Below, piece by piece: positions 1 through 9,231 of a stretch of 15,874 nt of DNA. The position numbers were made by a program, and so were the translations under genes. Every line of letters begins with the position of its first letter. Position 1 is the stretch's first letter. The notes beneath the pieces are model-generated. The model did no database searches. It was not told where the DNA came from and saw nothing but the letters and a program-made list of their open reading frames with translations. This DNA comes from an uncultured Deferribacteres bacterium. GTDB taxonomy: Bacteria; Zhuqueibacterota; Zhuqueibacteria; Zhuqueibacterales; Geothermadaptataceae. Where the stretch lies: assembly GCA_964014485.1 (NCBI GenBank), contig CAXHAT010000180.1, forward strand, positions 1-15,874, written 5' to 3'.

Positions 1-1080
1 AAGGCCGCATCGATGGAGTTGTTGGTTTCGCCGCTGGCGATGGTGACGGGGTCGGTTTGGTTATTATTGTTCGGATCGTAATCCGAGTCGAGTTCATCGT
101 CCGCGCCTTGATCCTTGTCGCAAGTTTCGAAGCCGTTCGGGGTCGGGAACTTGACGATATAGGTTCCGGGCTGAACGTTGAAGCAGTACTCGCCGTTGGC
201 GTCAGTCGTCAAGGTCGAGTTGCCGTCGAGATCGACAATCGGGTTGCCGTTAGCGTCGCAGAGCTGAACCGTCGCGCCTTGAATCGGGGTTTCGCCGTTC
301 TGGAAAACGCCGTCGCCGTTTTCATCGGACCAAACGAAATTACCGAGCTTGGCGGGCTGGAAGAAGCACGCGTCCACGGAATTGTCCGTTTCGCCGCTGG
401 TCATGGTGATGACGCCAGTCTGGTTGTTGTTATTCGGATCGTAATCCGAGTCAACCTGATCGTCCGCGCCCTGATCCATCGCGCAAACTTCATAGCCGTT
501 TGGCGTGGGGAATTTGACGGTGTAATCACCGGGCGCAACGAAGAAGCAATATTCGCCGTTGGCGTCCGTCGTCAACGAAGAATTGCCGTTCAAATCGGCA
601 ACCGAAGCGCCGTTGGGGTCGCAAAGTTCAACCGTTGCGCCTTGAATGGCGGGCTCGCCGTTGTCAAAAACACCGTCGCCGTCCAGGTCTTCCCAAACAA
701 AGTTGCCGAGCTTGGCTTCCTGGAAAAAGCAAGCGTCGATATCGTTGTTGGTTGCGCCCTGAGCGATTGTGATCGGATCAGTTTGGTTGTTGTTGTTCGG
801 ATCGTAGTCCGAATCGACCGTATCATCAACGCCCTGATCTTTCGCACACGTTTCGTAGCCGTTCGGGGTCGGGAACTTGATGATGTAGGTTCCGGCGTCA
901 ACGAAAAAGCAGTACTCGCCGTTCACATCTGTGGTCAATGAAGAATTGCCGTTGAGGTCGGCAATCGGATTGCCGTTGGCGTCGCAGAGCTGAACCGTCG
1001 CGCCTTGAATCGGGGTTTCGCCGTTATCGAAAACGCCGTTGCCGTTCAAGTCTTCCCAAACAAAGTTGCCGAGCTTGGCT
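1..1080 (-). repeat. Intragenic tandem repeat, 363-bp (121-aa) period, about 3 copies visible; a more diverged SdrD-B unit precedes them at about 1085-1455
   Basis: The anchor CCGAGCTTGGC recurs at 343, 706 and 1069, exactly 363 nt apart. Each copy contains DSDYDPNNNNQT. Confidence 0.93.
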
Positions 1081-3347
1081 TGAGAAACCAGACCCATGTC
1101 GAGGGAGTGCAGGTTGTGGCCCGCCGCGCCCGTCGAGAAGGCGATGGTTGCATAACCGGGGTTGGTCGTATCGTCCGCATCGGAATCGTGCAGATCGGAG
1201 CCTTGGTTGGCGATCGTCAGATTTTCGCAGCTTGCCGCCGCCAAACCTGCGTCGTTCAAATCAACGCGGATTTCATAATCGTTCGCGTTGTAGTCGAGAC
1301 CGCTGAAAAAATAATAGCCGCTGCCGTTGGTCGTCGTGGTCGTGACTTGAGAGCCGCCTTGCCACAATTCAACCGTCACGTTGGCGATACCGGATTCGTT
1401 CGGATCCTGGACGCCGTCTGCGTTGTCATCGCACCAGACATAGTTGCCGACTTCGATGGCCGCCGGGGGAGCGAGCGGTTCGAGATCGCCAAGACCGTTG
1501 CCTTTGCCGAAGGTGAGCGGATCAGCGCCGTCGGTGTCATAAACACGGTAGCCTCTTGCCGTGGCGCCGCTGTTATTGTCGAGCCACAAAATACCGCCTT
1601 CAAAGAAATTGGCGGCCAGGTTGATCGGATCGTAGACCGTCATCATAACTTGATCGAAACCCGGCATTTGAGCCAGACCGCCAAGAGACGTTTCATTGTG
1701 GTTGCCGAGATAGCGTTCTTCAAAATAGAATTCACCGTTGCCGGGGCCCTGGCCGTTTCCGGCTCCCGCGGAAGGACCAAAAGTTGAACCGGCTGCGTTG
1801 CTTTCTATCGTCCAGGTTCCGCCGTTCGGGCTGGCGCGGAGAACGTCGCCGCCGGAATCGACAATTGGCAACCCGCCGCCCTGAGGAGGCATTTGATTGT
1901 AACCGCCCTGGTCGCCCATACGGTCACGAATACCGATGATCATGTCGCCGCGATCAAATTCAATATCGCTCAACCATGGCTGCGGATAGCCGACTTCGCC
2001 GTTGGTGGCGTCGGAAATCAATGCCGTGTCCCAAACCGGAACCCAGGGATTCCATTCGCCGTCGGTCACGCCGCCGAAGTTTTCGATGTGTTCGCGCGCA
2101 TAATCAAGAGGGAAACTCAAAACTTGCGCGAAAACTTGCGTTGAAGGATCGAAAGAATAAACATAACCGCGCAGTTGCGTACGGTCGCCGGTGTTGGTAA
2201 TCGTGTTGCCGGTGTTGGCAACCGTCGATTGCGCCGTGCCGGTCAGGCCGACATAGACGAGACCGTCGTGGAAGGCGAGTGCGAATGGTCGAATGTCCTG
2301 ATCGCGTTCCGCCGCCGTGCCGAGCAGTCCGGAAAGGTCGGTCATGTCCGAGCCGTCCGTGTCAAACGGCCAACGGCTGATCTGCGCCGCAGTTGGAGCG
2401 GTTGGAGATGACGCGTCCGTTCCCAGGGGAATCTGATAGAGCTGACGGTCGGTCAAATTGATCGCCCATATGGTCAATTCGTCGTCGGAAATATCGATAT
2501 CGCCAAGAGATGCTTTGCCGACTTCATCGAACGAATTAGGATCGAGGGTGAAATTGGTCGCCGCCGGATGCGGATCCGCGCCCGCCGTTCCAGCGCCGAA
2601 CAATGCGTTCAGATCGAGAAATGTGGAAACGGTGCTGGAGTTCATGTCAACGCGATAGATCGCGCCCGTGCCGCTCGGTCCAAAGCCAACGTGGCGTTTC
2701 ATAAATGCGCCGGCAAAAAGGCTGTTGGACGTACGCTGGTGCGCGAGACCCCACGTCGGACCGACCTGGCTCGCGACCGCCGCAACGCCGTGCGCCGGAG
2801 ACGTGCCGCCGGGAGGAGGAGAGCCAGCGTTATCGGGAAACGTGGCCAAAACGTCGCCGTTGCTGACAAGGTTGTCGCCGGTGACGTAGCAGTTTGTGAC
2901 CATCGTAATCGCGCCGGTTCCGGGGGCCAAAAACACGTCCGCCGGATTCGACACGCCGAAATTAACACCGGTACTTCCGCCGTTGACGAACTTGACCGTA
3001 CCGCCGCCGCCAGCCGCCGGAGCGGGTTGAAGAAACGAAGGCAAGCCGGTGAGTTCAACGCGGAAAGCCGCCGTACTGCCGACAGTCAACGTGTACGTGC
3101 CGTCAGCCGCGGACGTCACTTGATCAATGAGTGTATTGGTTGCGTCATATGCTGAAACGGTGAGACCGCCCTGTCCAATTTCTGTGGCGGTTTGGAAGGT
3201 TCCGTTGCCGTTGTAGTCGCGAAAAACGGTTCCGGAGACAGTTTGCGCTTGAGCGAGAGCCGGAGCGCAAGCCATCAAAAAAAGTCCGAGCCAAAAATAG
3301 CCCGTTTTACAGAATCTCTGGATGTGTTCCATCGTTTTCTGCTCCAT
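1..3347 (-). CDS. Large secreted SdrD B-like repeat protein (putative adhesin/surface protein); 3' end runs off the window
   Basis: Hand translation from ATG 3347 (alternative ATG 3332, GGAG upstream): MEQKTMEHIQRFCKTGYFWLGLFLMACAPALAQAQ (signal peptide), then TVSGTVFRDYNGNG, a middle region with VGPTWGLAHQRTSNSLFAGAFMKRHVGFGPSGTGAIY, and repeats of the type AKLGNFVWEDLNGNGVFDNGE...TTDANGEYCF...DSDYDP...IDA. The same frame is still open at position 3 (about 1,115 codons). The ORF track lists no minus-strand ORF in this frame, consistent with no internal stop. Confidence 0.93.
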   Translation of the reverse strand, partial: MEQKTMEHIQRFCKTGYFWLGLFLMACAPALAQAQTVSGTVFRDYNGNGTFQTATEIGQGGLTVSAYDATNTLIDQVTSAADGTYTLTVGSTAAFRVELTGLPSFLQPAPAAGGGGTVKFVNGGSTGVNFGVSNPADVFLAPGTGAITMVTNCYVTGDNLVSNGDVLATFPDNAGSPPPGGTSPAHGVAAVASQVGPTWGLAHQRTSNSLFAGAFMKRHVGFGPSGTGAIYRVDMNSSTVSTFLDLNALFGAGTAGADPHPAATNFTLDPNSFDEVGKASLGDIDISDDELTIWAINLTDRQLYQIPLGTDASSPTAPTAAQISRWPFDTDGSDMTDLSGLLGTAAERDQDIRPFALAFHDGLVYVGLTGTAQSTVANTGNTITNTGDRTQLRGYVYSFDPSTQVFAQVLSFPLDYAREHIENFGGVTDGEWNPWVPVWDTALISDATNGEVGYPQPWLSDIEFDRGDMIIGIRDRMGDQGGYNQMPPQGGGLPIVDSGGDVLRASPNGGTWTIESNAAGSTFGPSAGAGNGQGPGNGEFYFEERYLGNHNETSLGGLAQMPGFDQVMMTVYDPINLAANFFEGGILWLDNNSGATARGYRVYDTDGADPLTFGKGNGLGDLEPLAPPAAIEVGNYVWCDDNADGVQDPNESGIANVTVELWQGGSQVTTTTTNGSGYYFFSGLDYNANDYEIRVDLNDAGLAAASCENLTIANQGSDLHDSDADDTTNPGYATIAFSTGAAGHNLHSLDMGLVSQAKLGNFVWEDLNGNGVFDNGETPIQGATVQLCDANGNPIADLNGNSSLTTDVNGEYCFFVDAGTYIIKFPTPNGYETCAKDQGVDDTVDSDYDPNNNNQTDPITIAQGATNNDIDACFFQEAKLGNFVWEDLDGDGVFDNGEPAIQGATVELCDPNGASVADLNGNSSLTTDANGEYCFFVAPGDYTVKFPTPNGYEVCAMDQGADDQVDSDYDPNNNNQTGVITMTSGETDNSVDACFFQPAKLGNFVWSDENGDGVFQNGETPIQGATVQLCDANGNPIVDLDGNSTLTTDANGEYCFNVQPGTYIVKFPTPNGFETCDKDQGADDELDSDYDPNNNNQTDPVTIASGETNNSIDAA

Positions 3348-3708
3348 GATGTTGTTTAACAAAGATGATTTTCCTCCATGGAACTTACAGGCCGTAACTC
3401 TCCCTAGTGGGCCCGATACTTTGCGTCGTGGCATGGATCATTCATGGGCAGATCCCGGCTCCCCCGCAATGAACAGTCGTCGCCAAATTTCCGCTCTTTG
3501 CGTGTGTTGCCGGTACATTCATTCCGATGTTTTCAGCAAGGCGAATGCGTACGTCACCCTGGTCGTCGCCAAAGTCTCAGCGTGACTTCCTCGCCGGACG
3601 ATTCATCGTGTGAACAACCGGATTTTATCAGTTGCGTGCTTTTTTTAGACCATAGCGCCTCCTGAGTTTCTTCTTGTGGTTGTTTGCCTTGCAAAGGTTA
3701 TTTGTTTT

Positions 3709-3740
3709 AAAGCGGCGCGCCAACGCCGCTTTCTTTTTTT
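3709..3740 (+). terminator. Intrinsic terminator-like hairpin
   Basis: AAAGCGGCG (3709-3717), 6-nt loop, CGCCGCTTT (3724-3732), then CTTTTTTT on the + strand. Confidence 0.55.
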
Positions 3741-3940
3741 CGCGGCGACCCCGACCATTGTGGGGAGCAGGGAAATCGGGGCCGCCTGTCGCCGTGGGGA
3801 TTCTTATCCGTATTCAGCTAAGCAGTTCCGCTGCACCCATACCGGCAGAGCCGGAATTTTTCGGTTTTTTTCTTCACAAACCGCCTAAAGACGGTATTTT
3901 ATTAAGAATAAAAAAGGCGAAGGACGCACGTCACCGGAAG

Positions 3941-3962
3941 AAATGGCGTTGCCATTTTTTTT
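3941..3962 (+). terminator. Short terminator-like hairpin
   Basis: AAATGGC-GTT-GCCATTT continuing into a T-run; the stem is short. Confidence 0.35.
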
Positions 3963-4337
3963 AAGGTTGTCTCATTTTCCAGGTTTGCCGACCGTTGGAA
4001 ATCCGCGGCTTTCGCCTCTTTATTCTTGCTCAAAAACGAGAGTTTTTCTTCCCTATATTCACTGAAAAGCCAAATTTGCATATAAAAAGGCGCAGGGTCG
4101 CACCACTCCTTTGCCAAACGGTTCAACCGAACGGCTGGCGGGTGCTTGGTATTTTAGGTTGCTCGACCTTAAAATGCGCGGCTCTACGCCTTATATTTTA
4201 CTTAAAACGTTTAGCTTGAATAATTCAAGTTAGACCACTTTCCCTTGCTCCAGCGCCTAAGCCTGATCTTTTCAAATCGCAGGCATATCAAATATTTGAC
4301 ATGAACGGCATCGATTCATTGAATCAGCCAGGTTCGA

Positions 4338-4532
4338 ATGAGCGTCTTAAGAGACCAAGCGGTTTCAGCTTTACTAACGCAAAAAAATGTTTTGATTTGG
4401 GGTTCCATCCCCTACGGAAAACGGGATCGTTTGAGGAAAGAGAGGCGAGAATTACGACGCGCTCTCAAGGCGACGATTTTTGGGGTGATGCTTGAAGATT
4501 TTCTTCACCCTGCTCCACAGCAAAAAGACTAA
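4338..4532 (+). CDS. Possible small basic hypothetical protein (64 aa)
   Basis: ATG start, with TTGACA (4296-4301) and palindromes upstream. No recognisable motif and no clear RBS. Confidence 0.25.
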   Translation: MSVLRDQAVSALLTQKNVLIWGSIPYGKRDRLRKERRELRRALKATIFGVMLEDFLHPAPQQKD

Positions 4533-4785
4533 CGGTCCCCTGACCAAATTCTTGCCGGAAATCCTGCCCTGGATCTCACAGCTAAACGCAACGCCGCTTC
4601 GCAACTTGCTTCCCTAAGTCAGCGCTTTGTTTAAGTATTTCTGAAAAGACGTTTTAAGAATACAACCGCCAATCTTGTAATGCGTAACAAAAACTGAGAA
4701 GAAATTCGACTTTTGCGACGCAGATGAGACAAAAAGCTTACCTGTTTGTCACGTGCTCATAAAAACAACACGTTTTGATCGATTA

Positions 4786-5052
4786 TCATCCAAAACGTTT
4801 TGCAGCGCGTTCGCGGGCTTTTGCCGCTTCAACTTCGCGGTTTTTCGGCGGTGCGTTGGTGACAAGCGCATTCAATAACTTCTGTGCGACGACGGTCGTT
4901 TCTTGCACGGCGGCGTTAAACGGCGCTTCATTCGCTTGTGAAGGCTTGTTGAAACCGCTGATTTTTCTCACGAACTGCAAGCAGGCCGCCTCGATTTCAT
5001 TGTGGGTGGCGGGGGGATCAAAATTGTAGAGCGTTTTGATGTTACGGCACAT
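4786..5052 (-). CDS. DUF2277 family protein (88 aa)
   Basis: Family-typical start MCRNIKTLYNFDPPAT..EIEAACLQFVRKISGFNKPS and end ..EAAKARERAAKRFG. Start moved to ATG 5052 because the upstream extension in the track is a translated heptamer repeat. Confidence 0.9.
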   Translation of the reverse strand: MCRNIKTLYNFDPPATHNEIEAACLQFVRKISGFNKPSQANEAPFNAAVQETTVVAQKLLNALVTNAPPKNREVEAAKARERAAKRFG

Positions 5053-5095
5053 ATTGATCGGTGATTCGTTATTTGTGAATAGTAAGCAGTTGATT

Positions 5096-5128
5096 ATGAC
5101 CAATGACCAATGACCAATGACCAATGAC
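5096..5128. repeat. Heptamer tandem repeat (ATGACCA)x4 + ATGAC
   Basis: Read directly; intergenic, between the divergent DUF2277 and MFS genes. Confidence 0.95.
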
Positions 5129-5307
5129 GTCGATGATCGCGGTGAAGCTATATCTCTGACCAAACTTTGTCAAATTTTAACGCCCGGTTCGTGTTGCTCC
5201 GCCAGATTCTACGCACAAAATAAAAACGCTTGTATTTCTATCGACATTGTCTATGTTGCCCCCTGCCAAATTATCGTGTTCGTTTGCGCTTTATCATCGG
5301 ACGGTTC

Positions 5308-6543
5308 ATGCACAAAAAAGCCTCCCTGACTATAATTTTCATCACAATTTTCATCGACCTCGTCGGATTTGGGATCATACTCCCCGTCCTGCCGTTTTAT
5401 GCGCTGGAGTTCGGCGCTTCAGCGTCGCAAATAGGGCTGCTCGGCGCATCCTTCTCGTTGATGCAATTTCTGTTCATGCCGATTTGGGGCAGGCTTTCTG
5501 ATCGCTACGGGCGCAGGCCGATTCTACTCATGAGCCTGTGCGGCTCAACGGCGTTTCTCATTTGCACCGGCCTCGCAAACAGTCTGACGGCGCTTTTTGT
5601 CGTGCGCATGGGAGCCGGTCTGTTTATGGCCAATATTGCAACCGCGCAAGCTTACATGGCGGACATAACTTCTGACGAAGAACGCGCCAAAGGGATGGGG
5701 CTCTTGGGCGCAGCTTTTGGACTGGGCTTTATTTTTGGCCCGGCCATCGGCGGATTTCTCAGCGGCTACGGCCTCGCAACGCCGTTTTTTGCAGCCGGTG
5801 CATTGGCCGGCGCCAACACGATCTGCGCCTTTTTTCTCTTAAAAGAATCCAGACCGGTGGAAAAGAGGGAGAACTCTCCGGCGCTAAAAGGCGTCTGGCG
5901 GAATGAATACGACCGATTCAAACGCGCCGTTTTTCATCCTGTTATTGGACTGCTGCTGTTGCTTTTTTTTATCATCACGCTCGCATTCTCAAATCTCGAA
6001 GCGACGTTTGCGCTTCTGTTAGATGCAAATTTTGGCTATGACGAGCGAGACAACGCTTTCATTTTTACCTTCATCGGCGTGATCTCGGCCATTGTCAACG
6101 GTGGATTAATCGGGCCGCTGGTGAAGAAATTCGGGGAGAGAAAACTGCTGGTGACGGGCGTTTTTACGCAGGCTGTTTCGTTTGTTATGCTCCCTTACAC
6201 CGAATCACTGTTCGCGCTGCTCTTCGCAACCGGCTTGATCGCCGTGGGAGCCGGTCTCACCAACCCGACGCTCACCAGCTTAATCTCCAGAAATTCAGGC
6301 AGCGACGTTCAAGGCGGAACGCTTGGGGTGACGCAATCTCTCGGAGCGCTGGCGCGCGTTTTCGGCCCGGCCTGGGGCGGGTTGTTTTTCGATCTTTACG
6401 GCCCCGCCGCCCCTTATTGGAGCGGCGGAACACTTCTGGTGCTTGCTGGAGGCGTGGGGCTGTATGTCCTACTTGGCAGAGACGCGATGCATCGCGTCTC
6501 TACTCCTCCCAGTCCAGAACAGCATCCACCGAATTCGCCGTGA
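5308..6543 (+). CDS. MFS transporter, DHA1/TetA-like drug:H+ antiporter (411 aa)
   Basis: About 12 hydrophobic segments; IFIDLVGFGIILPVLP, motif A GRLSDRYGRRP, AYMADIT..ERAKGMG and motif C GFIFGPAIGG. Likely start is ATG 5308 (MHKKASL). Confidence 0.93.
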   Translation: MHKKASLTIIFITIFIDLVGFGIILPVLPFYALEFGASASQIGLLGASFSLMQFLFMPIWGRLSDRYGRRPILLMSLCGSTAFLICTGLANSLTALFVVRMGAGLFMANIATAQAYMADITSDEERAKGMGLLGAAFGLGFIFGPAIGGFLSGYGLATPFFAAGALAGANTICAFFLLKESRPVEKRENSPALKGVWRNEYDRFKRAVFHPVIGLLLLLFFIITLAFSNLEATFALLLDANFGYDERDNAFIFTFIGVISAIVNGGLIGPLVKKFGERKLLVTGVFTQAVSFVMLPYTESLFALLFATGLIAVGAGLTNPTLTSLISRNSGSDVQGGTLGVTQSLGALARVFGPAWGGLFFDLYGPAAPYWSGGTLLVLAGGVGLYVLLGRDAMHRVSTPPSPEQHPPNSP

Positions 6544-8386
6544 TCGCATGATACGACGGTCGTGCGATTTTGTAAATGCGTCGTGCGAATTCCTTGCCCT
6601 CCGGCGTGCTCGCAAGCTGGCGAAACAACGGGCGAACAAACTTGCGCCGCCCCTGCCGCTTTAAAAAATCTTCCAAAGCCAAAAATCCCGGCGTGTACTT
6701 ATTTTCGATCACAAGCTCCAGCCAAACGAACAGAATTTCCGAATTTTTTGTATCGGTGAATTGAAATGCCTTGTCCAGAGCCAGCATTTTTTCAGCCGAC
6801 AATTTGCCTTTTAAAGCGTCCAGGAAATACCGCCAATGGTGCGTCGTCCAGCCTTCGGTTTGCAGAGATTCAGCGGGCGTTCCGCTCTGCCATAATTTGA
6901 TCGTTTGCTCAACTTGGCTCAGCGCGGATGACGATATTTTTGGACAGTTCTCAGGCAGTCCAGGCCCGTAAATCCAATCGTTGACAAGCAGACTGTCCAT
7001 CATCGCCGGATTTTCAGCGAAAAGGTTTTGGTCCAAATAGTCCAGAAAACGCTCGCTGGTCATCGATTTAAAAGCAAACGTCGAAAAGTACCCGTTCAAA
7101 AAAGCGTCCCACTTTTCCCGCCCAACATTTGCCTCCAGCATCCGCAAAAACAGGTAGCCCTTGTCATAAGCTATGCCCGTCATGCCGTTGTCCGGATTTT
7201 GATTTTTGAGATCGAGCTTGAGATGCGTACGCACGCTGTCCGGGTAGATGCTTTTGATTTCATCTACCAGACCGCGATAATCAAGCGTCGTCAGCATATC
7301 GTCGTACTCGCGGCCGTAAACGGCCTCCATGATGCGATGCTCGAAATAGGTGGTAAAGCCTTCGTTTAGCCAGAATTCATTCCAATTGGCATTGGTCACC
7401 AGATTTCCCGACCACGAATGTGCCAGTTCGTGCGCCACCAACGAAACCAAGGAACGATCTCCGGTAATCACCGTCGGCGTCAGGAAAGTCAAGCGCGGGT
7501 TTTCCATGCCGCCGAACGGAAAACTTGGCGGCAGGACGATCACATCGTAACGTCCCCAGCGATATTCGCCATACAATTTTTCCGCCGCTTCCAGCATTTT
7601 TTCCATATCGGCGAATTCGTTGGCCGCCGATTCGAGCATAGCCGGTTCGGCGTAAACGCCTGTTCGCGAACCAATTTCCTGAAATGCAATATCGCCCGCC
7701 GCCAGCGCGAGCAGATAAGCCGGGATCGGCTGTTCCATTTTGAATTCATAGACGCCGTCCTCGGATTTCTCGGTCGGGTTCTCCGCACTCATAACGGCCA
7801 TCAAGCCTTTCGGCACGCTGATTTTTGCATTGTAGGTAAAACGCACGCCGGGGCTGTCCTGCAGCGGAATCCAGGTGCGCGCCAAAATGGCCTGCGACTG
7901 GCTCAACAAAAACGGACGCTTTTTCCCAGCCGTTTGCTCCGGCTTCAGCCACTGCAAAGCCTCAGCGTCTGGGCTGCTGGCGTAATAAACATGGACGAGC
8001 TTGGTTTCAGGAGCGATGTTAATGCTGATTTTTTCTCCAAGAACGGAATCTCGATAAGCGACGCGAAACGGCGTTTCCGCCTCTGATTCGCCGAGAGTGA
8101 CTTTCTCAATTTTCAAATCTTTCCCGTCCAAGTACAAGCGGCGAGCTTTTGCAAGATGTTCAATCGTTAAAGACGCTTTTCCGGCAACAATGCGCTCGTC
8201 GAAATTCACTTCTAAATCAAGATCGAGATGCGTCATCATCACCCGATTCGGGTTGGAGAAACTGTGCGGATCGTGCGGCATTTTTTGCGGTTTTTTACCG
8301 GGTTTGCAAGAAATTAAAAGGGATAAGCTGAAAATTAGAGTTCCAAAAAGTAAGAAAGCTTTTTTACGATGAAAAAGAAACGTCAT
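6500..8386 (-). CDS. M1 family zinc aminopeptidase, leukotriene A4 hydrolase-like, probable lipoprotein (628 aa)
   Basis: GGMEN motif, HELAH...WLNEG zinc motif (HExxH-18-E), YDKG catalytic Tyr, C-terminal GRRKFVRPLF. N-terminal basic + hydrophobic stretch ending in lipobox-like LLISC from ATG 8386. Confidence 0.95.
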   Translation of the reverse strand: MTFLFHRKKAFLLFGTLIFSLSLLISCKPGKKPQKMPHDPHSFSNPNRVMMTHLDLDLEVNFDERIVAGKASLTIEHLAKARRLYLDGKDLKIEKVTLGESEAETPFRVAYRDSVLGEKISINIAPETKLVHVYYASSPDAEALQWLKPEQTAGKKRPFLLSQSQAILARTWIPLQDSPGVRFTYNAKISVPKGLMAVMSAENPTEKSEDGVYEFKMEQPIPAYLLALAAGDIAFQEIGSRTGVYAEPAMLESAANEFADMEKMLEAAEKLYGEYRWGRYDVIVLPPSFPFGGMENPRLTFLTPTVITGDRSLVSLVAHELAHSWSGNLVTNANWNEFWLNEGFTTYFEHRIMEAVYGREYDDMLTTLDYRGLVDEIKSIYPDSVRTHLKLDLKNQNPDNGMTGIAYDKGYLFLRMLEANVGREKWDAFLNGYFSTFAFKSMTSERFLDYLDQNLFAENPAMMDSLLVNDWIYGPGLPENCPKISSSALSQVEQTIKLWQSGTPAESLQTEGWTTHHWRYFLDALKGKLSAEKMLALDKAFQFTDTKNSEILFVWLELVIENKYTPGFLALEDFLKRQGRRKFVRPLFRQLASTPEGKEFARRIYKIARPSYHAITANSVDAVLDWEE

Positions 8387-8581
8387 CCTGTCGAAATCTC
8401 CGTTTTGCGTTTGTTCAAAATCGCAGCCGAGACAGTCGGGAAATCTCGGAATTGTCAAAATGTAAGCATCTTTTTAAACCTGACCCTTGATGTTTTGAGC
8501 ATAGCCAGAGCCGGGCGATAGCAAAGATTCTTGCAGAATGACATGCGAAGGGGGTTGTTTCAGAGTCAATCTATTCCGTTC

Positions 8582-8610
8582 TGAAACTTTCCAAAAATCT
8601 GTGTATTATA
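8582..8610 (+). promoter_or_regulatory. Putative ECF-type (autoregulatory) promoter
   Basis: TGAAACTTT (8582-8590) and GTATTATA (8603-8610) lie just upstream of the ECF gene. They resemble the AAC (-35) and (C)GT (-10) ECF elements; spacing is slightly short. Confidence 0.4.
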
Positions 8611-8652
8611 CAGGCAAACCGCGTTGCGTTGCGAATCCTTTTGGAGAAATTT

Positions 8653-9231
8653 GTGTCCACAATCGGCAATACAATATTGTCCGAAATTGAGCAGGAAAAA
8701 GCCTGGGTGGAAGCCGCCCGTCGCGACCCGCAAGCGTTTCAAAATCTGTTCGACAAATACCACGACCGGATTTTGAATTACGCGCTGCGACGTACCTGCA
8801 ACTTGCATCTGGCGCAGGATATTACCGCGAGCGCATTTATGAAAGCGCTGGACAATATCCACAAATTTACCTGGAGAGGCGTGACGTTTTCCGCCTGGAT
8901 TTACCGCATTGCCACCAATGAAATTAACCAGAATTATCGCAAAATAAAACGCATGACCCCGCTCACGCCGGAAATCAGCCGCGGCGTTACCGACGACGTC
9001 CGCAGCGATAACAGCGTCTTGCGGCGGGAAGAGATGCAGGTGCAAAAAGCGAAAATGAAGCGCGTTTATGCAGCGCTTGCCAAGCTTAAGCCGCGCTACC
9101 AAACGGTTTTGTCTCTAAGATATTTTGAAAACAAATCAATCAAGGAAATCGCCGAAATTTTGGAATTGCCCGAGAATACGATTAAAACGCATATTCGCCG
9201 CGGGCTCATTCAAATGCGAGAGCAACTATGA
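8653..9231 (+). CDS. RNA polymerase ECF-type sigma-70 factor (192 aa)
   Basis: Region 2 (AFQNLFDKYHDRI..AQDITASAFMKA..FSAWIYRIATN) and region 4 (LAKLKPRYQTVLSLRYFENKSIKEIAEILELPENTIKTHIRRG). GTG 8653 preferred because GGAG lies at 8643-8646. Confidence 0.95.
   Translation: MSTIGNTILSEIEQEKAWVEAARRDPQAFQNLFDKYHDRILNYALRRTCNLHLAQDITASAFMKALDNIHKFTWRGVTFSAWIYRIATNEINQNYRKIKRMTPLTPEISRGVTDDVRSDNSVLRREEMQVQKAKMKRVYAALAKLKPRYQTVLSLRYFENKSIKEIAEILELPENTIKTHIRRGLIQMREQL

Noticed and set aside
57..3155. Long + strand ORFs (57-941, 1005-1787, 1893-2144, 2175-2411, 2568-3155)
   Set aside because: They are in codon register with the minus-strand SdrD-like gene, so they are antisense shadows; composition is V/R/I-rich with no motifs.
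3400..3510. c-di-GMP-I riboswitch suggested by GACGCAAAG on the minus strand
   Set aside because: The upstream GGCAAAC..GAAA hairpin is not recognisable, so it cannot be supported without a covariance search.
7028..9102. ORFs 7028-7369 +, 7418-8086 + and 8566-9102 -
   Set aside because: Antisense to the well-supported peptidase and sigma genes.
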